Assembly: GCA_964575425.1 (NCBI GenBank)
Contig: CAZNRD010000005.1
Coordinates: 23,851-87,850 of the forward strand
DNA: 64,000 nt
Reading direction: 5' to 3'
Origin: an uncultured Anaerolineaceae bacterium
GTDB taxonomy: Bacteria > Chloroflexota > Anaerolineae > Anaerolineales > E44-bin32
The notes beneath the pieces were generated by a model, which saw only the letters and a program-made list of their open reading frames with translations, was not told where the DNA came from and did no database searches. Both the position numbers and the translations under genes were made by a program. Positions within the stretch are counted from its first letter, which is position 1, and each line of letters opens with the position of its first letter. Shown here piece by piece: positions 26,582 through 35,226 of this stretch.

Positions 26582-27709
26582 ATGGAGATCCGAGGCGGCC
26601 GGCTAGGCGATGCGCTCGACAACCAGCCACGTGGTAGGAGGGGCCTGCTGGCCTCGCCTGGCCTCTGGTTGGGGCTTCTCCTGAGCGCAGTCTGCTTATG
26701 GCTGGCCTTCCGCCAGGTCCCGTTCCGTGCTCTGGGCGAGACACTGTCTGGAGCAACGTATGGGTGGCTGGTGCCGGCAATCGGACTGCACCTCCTGGCT
26801 GTCTGGGCGCGAGCGGCGCGTTGGCAGGCGCTGCTGGACGCGCGAGGAATCTTGGCAGATGCATTCTGGGCACAAGGGGTTGGCTTCCTGTTCACCAATG
26901 CCTTCCCGCTGCGCATGGGGGAGCCTGCCCGGGTGGTGACGCTTGCAGGGCGGTGTCGCCTGCCTATCCTGCGTGTGGCGACCTCAGCGGTTGTCGAACG
27001 GGCGCTGGACGTAGGCACAATCCTGGGCATTCTGGCGCTGGTCCTTCCGTGGATGCACGTTCCACCGCTGGTCCTGCGGGCCAGCCAAACCTTTGCAGCA
27101 CTGCTGCTGGTGGCCGTGGGTTTGATGGCAATCCTGCTGCACATGCGCGAGCGGGCGGAGGCCGTGCTGCGGCGTCTCCTTGGACGGCTGCGGCTGCCCG
27201 CCGATGGCCTGATGCAGCGATGGCGGGAACTGCTCGAGGGGCTGCAAGCGCTTCTCCACCGTGGGGTAGCGCTGCGCGGGCTGGGCTGGTCGCTTGCGGT
27301 GTGGGCGCTGTACGTCGGTTTCTACTGGTGCGTCTTGCGCGGCTTCCGCACCGACCCGACCCTGGTCGAGGCGGGCTTCATGGTGGTGGCGCTCGCACTT
27401 GCGATCTCCGTGCCGTCCAGCCCCGGTTTCGTTGGGGTGTATCAGCTTGCCGGGCAGCAGGCGCTGAGCCTGCCATTCGGCGACCGTTACGACCCGGGCA
27501 TTGCGCTGGCGATCACGCTGGTGTCACACGTGGCGTACTTTCTGCTCACCTCGCTGCTGGGCGCGATCGGTTTGGCGCGAATGGGGGTGACGTTTGGTGA
27601 CCTGGTGGGGAGGATCATGAACCGCAGGCCAGGTGTCACCGGCCGGACCCTGGACGCGCCGGCCGGCCCCGATAGCGGCGGCGGTTCAGCGCCAAAGGGA
27701 TTGGCGTGA
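26582..27709 (+). CDS. Flippase-like domain membrane protein (LPG_synthase_TM/UPF0104, MprF-flippase related)
   Basis: ORF trimmed to ATG 26582. LLLSAVCLWLAFRQVPFRALGETLSGATYGWLVPAIGLHLLAVWARAARWQALL is the typical opening of this family; about 8 hydrophobic helices. Confidence 0.6.
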   Translation: MEIRGGRLGDALDNQPRGRRGLLASPGLWLGLLLSAVCLWLAFRQVPFRALGETLSGATYGWLVPAIGLHLLAVWARAARWQALLDARGILADAFWAQGVGFLFTNAFPLRMGEPARVVTLAGRCRLPILRVATSAVVERALDVGTILGILALVLPWMHVPPLVLRASQTFAALLLVAVGLMAILLHMRERAEAVLRRLLGRLRLPADGLMQRWRELLEGLQALLHRGVALRGLGWSLAVWALYVGFYWCVLRGFRTDPTLVEAGFMVVALALAISVPSSPGFVGVYQLAGQQALSLPFGDRYDPGIALAITLVSHVAYFLLTSLLGAIGLARMGVTFGDLVGRIMNRRPGVTGRTLDAPAGPDSGGGSAPKGLA

Positions 27710-27738
27710 GAAGCGAGCCCGCCCAGACCGACCTGGAG

Positions 27739-27754
27739 CGGTGTGCTGCCACAC
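27739..27754 (+). terminator. GC-rich hairpin without U-tract (weak terminator candidate)
   Basis: GGTGTG-ctgc-CACACC, 30 nt after the stop at 27709, inside a 106-bp gap. No T-run follows, so function is uncertain. Confidence 0.2.
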
Positions 27755-27815
27755 CCTCGGTCAGAACTGCCCATCGGCGGGACGTTGGCGGCCAGGGCGC
27801 TGGAGGAGGCCGGAT

Positions 27816-28640
27816 ATGGATGTGGACCAGAGGAACGTCTTGGACGCGTTTCGCCTGACGGGCAGGGTAGCGCTGGTGACGGGGGGCGCGGGACTTCTGG
27901 GGGCCGAGTTCTGCCGCACCCTGGCCGGGGCGGGCGCGTCGGTCGGTGTCGCCGATCTGGCTGTCCACAAGGCGGCCGCAGTCGCCAAGGGGCTGCCCGG
28001 GGCGGCTCGCCCTGTCGAGATGGATGTCACGGGGCCCGAATCGGTCCAGAGGGCGGTGGACGACGTCGTCGCCGCGTTCGGGCGGCTTGACATCCTGGTG
28101 AACAGCGCTGCGCTCGACCCGAAGTTCGACCCAAGTCAGACGGGCCAGCACGCGAGCGCCTTCGAAGACTACCCGCTCGAGAGCTGGAACCAGGCGCTGG
28201 CTGTCAACCTGACCGGCGTCTTCCTGTGCTCCCAGATGGCGGCCAGGCAGATGCTCAGGCAGGGTAGTGGCGTGATCGTCAACATCTGCTCCACCTACGG
28301 CCTGGTGGGCCCAGATCAGCGTATCTACGAACAGCCAGGACAACCGGCGCAGTTCAAGCCGGCGTACTACTCGGTCACCAAAGCCGGCATTCTGGGAATG
28401 ACCCGTTACCTGGCGACCTACTTTGCCGGGAGGAACATCCGCGTGAACGCGCTGACGCCAGGCGGGGTGTACAACGACCACGACGAGGCGTTCGTCCGGA
28501 ACTACTCCGCGCGGACAGTCCTTGGGCGGATGGCTCGGAAAGACGAGATGAATGGTGCCTTGCTGTTCCTGGCGTCGGACGCCTCCTCGTACATGACGGG
28601 AGCAAATCTTGTGGTCGACGGAGGCTGGACGGCGTGGTAA
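27816..28640 (+). CDS. Short-chain dehydrogenase/reductase (classical SDR)
   Basis: ORF trimmed to ATG 27816, with SD GGAGGAGG upstream. Motifs: GRVALVTGGAGLLGAEF, VNSAAL, YYSVTKAGILGMTRYLA, IRVNALTPGGV. Confidence 0.8.
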   Translation: MDVDQRNVLDAFRLTGRVALVTGGAGLLGAEFCRTLAGAGASVGVADLAVHKAAAVAKGLPGAARPVEMDVTGPESVQRAVDDVVAAFGRLDILVNSAALDPKFDPSQTGQHASAFEDYPLESWNQALAVNLTGVFLCSQMAARQMLRQGSGVIVNICSTYGLVGPDQRIYEQPGQPAQFKPAYYSVTKAGILGMTRYLATYFAGRNIRVNALTPGGVYNDHDEAFVRNYSARTVLGRMARKDEMNGALLFLASDASSYMTGANLVVDGGWTAW

Positions 28641-29869
28641 GCCCGGCGAAGGTCCTCGCCATCGTCCCGGCGCGCGGCGGATCGAAGTCGATCCCACGCA
28701 AGAACATCCGCCTGTTCGCCGGTCACCCTCTCCTAGCGTACAGCATCGCCGCCGGGCTGCAGGCGAAATCGGTCGATCGAGTTCTCGTTTCGACCGACGA
28801 CGCCGAGATCGCCGAGGTCGCCCGACGCTACGGCGCCGAGGTGCCCTTCCTGCGGCCGGCTGCGTTGGCGCAAGATGATACGCCGGACCTCCCGGTCTTC
28901 GAGCATGCGCTGAAATGGCTGGATTCCCATGAGGGCGACCGGCCGGAAGTGATCGTGCAGCTGCGCCCGACCTCGCCGCTGCGCCCGCCGGATTGCGTCG
29001 ACCGGGCGGTTCAGATCCTGGCCGACAATCCGCAGGCCGACTCGGTGCGTGGGGTAGTTCCGGCCAGTCAGAACCCCTACAAGATGTGGCGAATCGGGGA
29101 CGACGGGCAGATGCAGCCGCTGCTGCGCGAGGGCTTCGACGAGCCGTACAACATGCCGCGCCAGTCGCTGCCCACGACGTACTGGCAGACAGGCCACATC
29201 GACGTCATTCGGACAGCAGCCATTCTAGAGAAGGGCTCGATGAGCGGGAACATCATCTTGCCTCTGCTCCTTGACCCGGCCTACGCTGTCGACATTGATA
29301 CCCTGCGCGATTGGGAGAAAGCGGAGGCCGTGGTCCGCGATGGCAAGCTGCCCGTCGTCCGCCCCGGCCGCGCGCCTCGGCCGCTTCCGGATCGGATTGA
29401 GCTAGTCGTCCTCGACTTCGACGGTGTCCTGACGGACAACCGTGTCTGGGTCGATGGTGAGGGACGCGAGAGCATCGCCGCGCATCGCGGCGACGGCTGG
29501 GGGGTGGCTCGGCTCCGCGAGCATGGCGTCGAGGTGATGGTGCTCTCGGCTGAGAAGGACCCGGTGGTGGCCGCGCGCTGCCGCAAGCTGGGCGTGCCGG
29601 CGATCCAGGGGGTGGTGGAGAAGGCCGAGGCGCTCCGAGGGCTCCTTGCCGAGCGCGGCACGGATCCGGCACGCGTGGTCTATCTTGGCAACGATGTCAA
29701 CGATGTGCCTTGCTTTGGCGTTGTTGGCTGCGCCGTCGTCGTCGCCGACGCCCACCCGGCGGCCGCGGCCGAAGCCGATAGGGTGCTGCGAACCTCCGGC
29801 GGACATGGTGCCGTGCGGGAGTTGTGTGACCTGATCCTCCAACACCTGAGGGAGAGACCGAATGGCTAG
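28634..29869 (+). CDS. Bifunctional NeuA-like acylneuraminate cytidylyltransferase / KdsC-type HAD-IIIA sugar-acid phosphatase
   Basis: 411 aa with a GTG start. The N-terminal half has VLAIVPARGGSKSIPRKNIRLFAGHPLLAYSI and VIVQLRPTSPLR. The C-terminal ~160 aa has LVVLDFDGVLTDNRVWVDGEG, SAEKDPVVAARCRKLG and YLGNDVNDVPCF. Confidence 0.8.
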   Translation: MVSPAKVLAIVPARGGSKSIPRKNIRLFAGHPLLAYSIAAGLQAKSVDRVLVSTDDAEIAEVARRYGAEVPFLRPAALAQDDTPDLPVFEHALKWLDSHEGDRPEVIVQLRPTSPLRPPDCVDRAVQILADNPQADSVRGVVPASQNPYKMWRIGDDGQMQPLLREGFDEPYNMPRQSLPTTYWQTGHIDVIRTAAILEKGSMSGNIILPLLLDPAYAVDIDTLRDWEKAEAVVRDGKLPVVRPGRAPRPLPDRIELVVLDFDGVLTDNRVWVDGEGRESIAAHRGDGWGVARLREHGVEVMVLSAEKDPVVAARCRKLGVPAIQGVVEKAEALRGLLAERGTDPARVVYLGNDVNDVPCFGVVGCAVVVADAHPAAAAEADRVLRTSGGHGAVRELCDLILQHLRERPNG

Positions 29870-30737
29870 GGAGATTCGCTTCGGTGGCCGCCTGGTCGGG
29901 GATGGGCATCCAACCTGCATCGTGGCTGAGATCGGCATCAATCACAATGGAGACCTGGGCATCGCCCGGCAATTGATCGACGCTGCGGTGCACGCTGGTG
30001 TGGACGCGGTCAAGTTCCAGAAGCGCACGCCGGAGCTGTGCATCCCGGTTGAGCAGCGTGACCTGATGCGCGACACGCCCTGGGGCTACATCTCGTATCT
30101 CGAGTATCGGAGGCGAGTCGAATTCGGCTACGACGAGTTTGTCGAGATTGACCGCCACTGCCGTTCCCGTGGTGTCCCGTGGTTTGCTTCCGTCTGGGAC
30201 GAACCGTCGGTGGATTTCCTGGAGCCGTTCGAGCCGATCGGCTACAAGATTCCCTCGGCCGCACTCACAGACCAGAACCTGCTGCGGCATGCGCGCGCCA
30301 CCGATCGCCCGATCGTGCTCTCCACGGGCATGTCGACGATGGAGCAGATCCGGCAGGCAGTGCAAGCCATAGGCGAGGACAATCTCATACTGCTGCACAC
30401 GACAAGCACCTACCCCTGCGATCCCGATGAGCTGAACCTCACGATGATCCAGACCCTCCGCCGTGAGTTTCCGTGCCCGATAGGGTACTCTGGGCACGAG
30501 GTCGGGTTGGTGCCGTCGGTGGTGGCTGTCGCCTTGGGGGCATGCATGGTTGAGCGGCACATCACCCTCGACCGGGCGATGTGGGGCAGCGACCAGGCGG
30601 CCTCCGTCGAGCCGGGAGGATTTGAGCGGCTCGTGAAGTACATCCGCGTCACCGAGAAGGCGTTGGGAGACGGCATCAAGCGGGTGTATCGGAGCGAACT
30701 GCCGTCACTGCGGAAGCTGCGCCGTGTTGCCAACTGA
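29862..30737 (+). CDS. NeuB-family sugar-acid synthase homolog lacking the SAF domain
   Basis: 291 aa with an 8-nt overlap. Motifs: VGDGHPTCIVAEIGINHNGDLGIARQLIDAAVHAGVDAVKFQKR, IGYKIPSAALTD, PIVLSTGMSTMEQI. It ends right after the barrel; no SAF-like tail. Confidence 0.75.
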   Translation: MAREIRFGGRLVGDGHPTCIVAEIGINHNGDLGIARQLIDAAVHAGVDAVKFQKRTPELCIPVEQRDLMRDTPWGYISYLEYRRRVEFGYDEFVEIDRHCRSRGVPWFASVWDEPSVDFLEPFEPIGYKIPSAALTDQNLLRHARATDRPIVLSTGMSTMEQIRQAVQAIGEDNLILLHTTSTYPCDPDELNLTMIQTLRREFPCPIGYSGHEVGLVPSVVAVALGACMVERHITLDRAMWGSDQAASVEPGGFERLVKYIRVTEKALGDGIKRVYRSELPSLRKLRRVAN

Positions 30738-30768
30738 CCAGGGGCGTTGCCTGAAACGGAGGGCGGCG

Positions 30769-31821
30769 ATGATGGCCAACAGCCGACGGTCCATCGTCGT
30801 GTTGATCGGGGCGAGTGTGCTCGTCTTGAGCCTGATCGGGGTGTACTTCCAGGGAGGCAAGCTGGGAGTTGAGTACCTTCGGACGGAGCAGCTCCGCCGG
30901 CATTTGGAGATCCTGGAGGGTCATGCTGGCAGCCCCACGCAGTACCGGCTTCTGTCGGAGTGGCTGGTCGAGGCATGGGTGCAGGCTCTGGCGCGGTTGG
31001 GAGTGTCGGAAGCCATCGTCGTTGGCTTTCTCTCCTTCCGCGTCGTGCAGAACATGATCATCCTGTCTTTGGCTGCGACCTTCTATCGCCGCCTGGGACT
31101 CCGAAACCCGGCCGTGCTGGCCTCGCTGGCTGTCGTCACCTGGAGCATGACGCACAGCCTGTATGACAGCGACCTTTCCTTCAATCTCTATGGAGACCTC
31201 ATCTTCTACCTGGCTGCTGGCGTGTTGACATACAGCCGGCGAGACCCCTGGATTGTGCTGCTCATGGGATTGGCTGCGGCAAACCGAGAGACAAGCGGGC
31301 TGATCCTCGCGCTGTTCCTCCTGGCGCGCTACCGCAGCGGCCTGAAATGGGATCGGCGAACCATCGTGATCGCGCTTGCTGCACTGGTCGCGTTCCTGGC
31401 AGGCTATCTGGCGGTTCGCTGGGCTCTGGGCCCACGGCCGGTCACGCTTCCCCATGGGCGGACGCCAGGACTGGATTTGCTCGATTACAACCTGTTCCGC
31501 CGCCAGACCTGGGTCCACCTGGCTGCCTGCTGGAGCGTGTTCCCGGTGATTGCATTGCTGGGGGTGCGGCGCCTGCCCCAGACGCTGCGGCGATGGCTGA
31601 TCGCGGTTCCGCCCGTATGGCTGGCCGTCCATTTCACCCTGGCCGTTGCAGCCGAAGTGCGGCTGATGCTCATGCCGCAGCTGATGATCTTCGTGCCGGC
31701 TGCGTTCCTGACGATCCAGAACGCCTCCGGGCCGGTGCATCAAGGGACTGACGGTGACGGGAATGGTGCGGCTGCTCAGACGGAGGGTCGCCAGAAGCAG
31801 GGCGACATCGGTGGCAGGTAG
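30769..31821 (+). CDS. Polytopic membrane protein, function unknown
   Basis: ORF trimmed to ATG 30769; ~350 aa with about 9-10 hydrophobic helices. No WecA/WbaP motifs. AAANRETSGLILALFLL is faintly reminiscent of Wzy/O-antigen-ligase loops, but this is not diagnostic. Confidence 0.4.
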   Translation: MMANSRRSIVVLIGASVLVLSLIGVYFQGGKLGVEYLRTEQLRRHLEILEGHAGSPTQYRLLSEWLVEAWVQALARLGVSEAIVVGFLSFRVVQNMIILSLAATFYRRLGLRNPAVLASLAVVTWSMTHSLYDSDLSFNLYGDLIFYLAAGVLTYSRRDPWIVLLMGLAAANRETSGLILALFLLARYRSGLKWDRRTIVIALAALVAFLAGYLAVRWALGPRPVTLPHGRTPGLDLLDYNLFRRQTWVHLAACWSVFPVIALLGVRRLPQTLRRWLIAVPPVWLAVHFTLAVAAEVRLMLMPQLMIFVPAAFLTIQNASGPVHQGTDGDGNGAAAQTEGRQKQGDIGGR

Positions 31822-31825
31822 GGCG

Positions 31826-33442
31826 ATGCGAGGTTTGCGTCTGCCCAAGCCGCGCAGCGCGTGGGTGCGCCTGCTGTGGCTTCTGACAGACCGGGCCAAC
31901 CGCCGGCAGGTGCGGCGGGTCGAGCGATTCCTGCGCGGGGTGCGCACGGCTGACGATGACAGGCGGGTGCTGGTCTTCAACGCCTCGACTCGGATCGGCA
32001 GGCCGAGCCTGAATGCAGGCTTCAGCCTGTTGGCATCCTGGGCGCTGCGAGCGTCGGGCGTGCCAGTCCGCTATGTGGTCTGTGTCCGCGGCCTTGCCCC
32101 ATGCGTCCTGGGGACGAATCGGGAGGATTATCGTGCCGCACCGCCGTGCCGGCCCTGCCTGCGGCTCAGCCGCGACCTGTTCCCCCTTGGTCTGACGATC
32201 GGGTTGGAGTTCGACTCGGTTGCGGCGCAAACCGCGGAGGTTGCGATCCGCGACCTTGGGATGGCCGACCTCGAAGCCTGGGCGTTTGACGGGTTGCCGC
32301 TCGGACAGCTGTGCCTGCCCGGGCTGCGCTGGGCGCTGCGGCGCCATCATCTTCCCGACGACGAGCCCACGCGAGGGCTCTATCGGCGTTACCTGTCCTC
32401 GGCGGCGAGCCTGGCGAGGCAATTCGGCCAAATCCTGGATCGAGAGAAGCCTCAGGCGCTGGTAGTCTTCAATGGAATCATGTACCCCGAGGCGGTCGCC
32501 CGGGAGCTCGCCCTGCGGCGCTCCATTCGGGTGGTGACGCATGAGGTCGGCCTGCGGCCGTTCTCGGCCTTCTTCTCCCATGGGCACGCGACGTTCCGAG
32601 AGGTCGAGCTTCCGGAGGGCTTTGAGTTGAATGACGAGGAAGACCGGCGATTGGACGGGTATCTGTCGCAGCGGTTTCGTGGCAAGTTCACAATGGCTGG
32701 GATCCGGTTCTGGCCGGAGATGGATCCGCTGCCCGCCGATCTGCTCGAGCGGATCGGCCGACACCGCCAGACGGCTGCGGTCTTCACCAACGTCATCTTC
32801 GACACCAGCCAGGTCCATGCCAATACGCTGTATCCAGACATGTTTGCTTGGCTCGACGACGTGCGGGAGGTGGCAGCCAGGCATCGCGAAACGTTGTTCG
32901 TCTTCCGCGCGCATCCGGACGAGGACCGACCGGGGAAGGAGAGTCGCGAAACCGTGGCGGAGTGGGCCCGCGAACGAAGCCTGCAGGACCTGCCCAATGT
33001 GGCTTTCTTCGGGCCGTCGGACTACGTCAGCTCATACGAGCTGATTTGCCGGGCAAAGCTGGTGTTGGTCTACAACTCGTCAATCGGGCTGGAGGCATCG
33101 ATCCTGGGCGCGCCGGTCCTGTGCGCCGGGCGGGCGCGCTACACCCAGCTGCCGACGGTGTTCTTCCCTGAGAGCCGGGAGGCCCATCTCAGCCTGATGC
33201 GTGAGTTCCTGGCCGCCCCTTCCATCACCGTTCCCCCGGAGTTTGCCAAGAACGCCCGGAGGTTCCTGCACTTTGAGCTGCATCACGCCTCGCTTGACCT
33301 TTCCCGTTTCCTGGGGCCGTATCCTATGCAGCCAGGCATGGTGACGTTTGAGCGAGCCGATCCCGATGCAATTCGGTCATCCTCCGAACTTGCGCGGATC
33401 AGGGCGGGCATTCTCACAGGCTGTGGATTTGGAGTGTCGTGA
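31826..33442 (+). CDS. KpsC/KpsS-like (Capsule_synth-type, GT-B) transferase, paralog 2
   Basis: ORF trimmed to ATG 31826. Collinear with 9622..11292 in VFNGIMYPEAVARELALRRSIRVVTHEVG, VFRAHPDEDRPGK and LVLVYNSSIGLEASILGAPVLCAGRARY. Confidence 0.5.
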   Translation: MRGLRLPKPRSAWVRLLWLLTDRANRRQVRRVERFLRGVRTADDDRRVLVFNASTRIGRPSLNAGFSLLASWALRASGVPVRYVVCVRGLAPCVLGTNREDYRAAPPCRPCLRLSRDLFPLGLTIGLEFDSVAAQTAEVAIRDLGMADLEAWAFDGLPLGQLCLPGLRWALRRHHLPDDEPTRGLYRRYLSSAASLARQFGQILDREKPQALVVFNGIMYPEAVARELALRRSIRVVTHEVGLRPFSAFFSHGHATFREVELPEGFELNDEEDRRLDGYLSQRFRGKFTMAGIRFWPEMDPLPADLLERIGRHRQTAAVFTNVIFDTSQVHANTLYPDMFAWLDDVREVAARHRETLFVFRAHPDEDRPGKESRETVAEWARERSLQDLPNVAFFGPSDYVSSYELICRAKLVLVYNSSIGLEASILGAPVLCAGRARYTQLPTVFFPESREAHLSLMREFLAAPSITVPPEFAKNARRFLHFELHHASLDLSRFLGPYPMQPGMVTFERADPDAIRSSSELARIRAGILTGCGFGVS

Positions 33443-33449
33443 GACGGCG

Positions 33450-35198
33450 ATGAGCGCGAACAGTCCAGTGCAGGCCAGCCAGAATGCAAAGCGCTCTGCA
33501 CCCGTCGCAGGCATGGTTGTCGCGATCTTGCTCCTGGGGATGCTTCTGGCCCTTGCTCGTTTCTGGCACAGCGGCCAGATGGGCTTCTACGAAGACGACT
33601 ACACCCTCGTCACCCGCGCCATGGCTGCCTCCTGGCCGGAGGTGCGCGACTTCGTCTCTTCCTTGCTGCTGAGCTTCGGAGGCCAGGGGCGGCCGCTGCA
33701 GCACAGCGTCTTGTATCTGCTCTCCTACCTCGCCGGCAGACTGGGGGGACTCCCGGAGGCCTACTGGCTCGGCTGGGTGATCCTCACCCTGAACGCGGTC
33801 CTGGCCTATGCCCTGCTGCGGCGGCTGTTCGCCCCCACCGCCTCGCTGGCTGGCGGGCTGGCCTTTGCCCTGTTCGGCGGTGACACCACACAGGCCTTCC
33901 TCTACCACTCATTCGGCCTTCAGCAGTCCCTCACTTACCTGCTCGTGGCCCTGCACCTGTATCTGTCCGACCGACGGGTCTTCTCGTACTTCGTGGTCCT
34001 TGGATCGCTGCTGAGCTACGAGACGGCATATCCCGTTTTCCTGGCCGCGCCGCTGCTGGGCGAGCGGCGCGGCGGTGACCTGATGCGCGAGATGATCCGC
34101 CACAGCGCAGTTCTCGGCGCCCTGTTCCTGGCTGTCCTTGCCCTGCGGATTGCTGTTGGCGAAGCGCGCGTCGTGGGGCTTGGATTTCCCGAGCTGGTGA
34201 CTGTGCCGCTGCTGCACATGGTCCAGGGGCCGGCCGTCAGCCTGGGGACGTATCTCTACCGCCCGCTCCAGGCGATTCAGGCGCTCGATGGCGAGATGAT
34301 CGTCGTCCTCCTCGCCTCGTCGATGGGCCTGAGCGCGGCACTCTGGCTGACGAAGGGCGAGGGCCGGGCCGCGCCATCGGAGTTCCTCGCAGCTCTCCGA
34401 ACGAAGTCCGCAGTCCACATTGGGGAAGCCAACCGACGGGTGCTCCGACTGCTCGGTGCCGGGCTGGTGATGCTTGCGCTTGCCTATGCGCTGACCTTCA
34501 CGATCCGGGCCTACGCCATCAGTGGTCGAGACACCCGCGTCCACTTCGCAGCCGTCGTCGGAGCAGCGATCGTCTGGGCCTGCCTGGCCGAGGTGGCCTA
34601 CGGGTCTGCGGCGACACCGCGCCGGAAGCGCCTGGTCTCGCTGGCCCTGGCGGCATATTTCGCCTCGATGGTCGGCTTCGGTTTCGTCGTTCAGCGCAGC
34701 TACGTGCGGGCCTGGGAGCTGCAAAGGGCCTTCTGGACGGACGTCCTGAAGTTGTGTCCCGATCTCGACGACGGCGTGGTGATCCTGATCGAGCCGAGTG
34801 GCCTGGAGGATCCGCGCTTCATCTACGCCAATCACTGGAACCTGCCGCGCGTGCTGGACCAGATACTCGGATTTCCTGACGATTGGCATGTGCCGCCGCG
34901 GGTCTACCGGCTGCTGCCGGACTGGCAGACGCACCTCGTGGCCGAAGGCGGGCAGTTCCGGCTGGACGGGCTGACCGTGCTGGCACCGCCGTCCCTATAT
35001 GGGAAGACTGAGAGTCGCCACGTCATCTTCCTGGAGACGGCCGGCGGCAGTTTGCGGCGCATCGGCGGCGAACTCACCGTGGACGGCAGGAGCTACCCGA
35101 TCCGTGATCTCCCCCGCGGGCCCCAGCAAGTGTTCCCACACGGCTTCCTCTACGACCAGTTGATCAGCAAGAACCCATCGGGAGGCTCCGACTCATGA
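33450..35198 (+). CDS. Large polytopic membrane protein (GT-C-like candidate, singleton)
   Basis: ORF trimmed to ATG 33450; ~582 aa. The first loop carries the acidic motif GFYEDDYTLVTRAM. Many helices, and a soluble C-terminal ~130 aa. Confidence 0.45.
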   Translation: MSANSPVQASQNAKRSAPVAGMVVAILLLGMLLALARFWHSGQMGFYEDDYTLVTRAMAASWPEVRDFVSSLLLSFGGQGRPLQHSVLYLLSYLAGRLGGLPEAYWLGWVILTLNAVLAYALLRRLFAPTASLAGGLAFALFGGDTTQAFLYHSFGLQQSLTYLLVALHLYLSDRRVFSYFVVLGSLLSYETAYPVFLAAPLLGERRGGDLMREMIRHSAVLGALFLAVLALRIAVGEARVVGLGFPELVTVPLLHMVQGPAVSLGTYLYRPLQAIQALDGEMIVVLLASSMGLSAALWLTKGEGRAAPSEFLAALRTKSAVHIGEANRRVLRLLGAGLVMLALAYALTFTIRAYAISGRDTRVHFAAVVGAAIVWACLAEVAYGSAATPRRKRLVSLALAAYFASMVGFGFVVQRSYVRAWELQRAFWTDVLKLCPDLDDGVVILIEPSGLEDPRFIYANHWNLPRVLDQILGFPDDWHVPPRVYRLLPDWQTHLVAEGGQFRLDGLTVLAPPSLYGKTESRHVIFLETAGGSLRRIGGELTVDGRSYPIRDLPRGPQQVFPHGFLYDQLISKNPSGGSDS

Positions 35199-35226
35199 CG
35201 AGCGCATCCGGTCTGAGGACTCTGGC

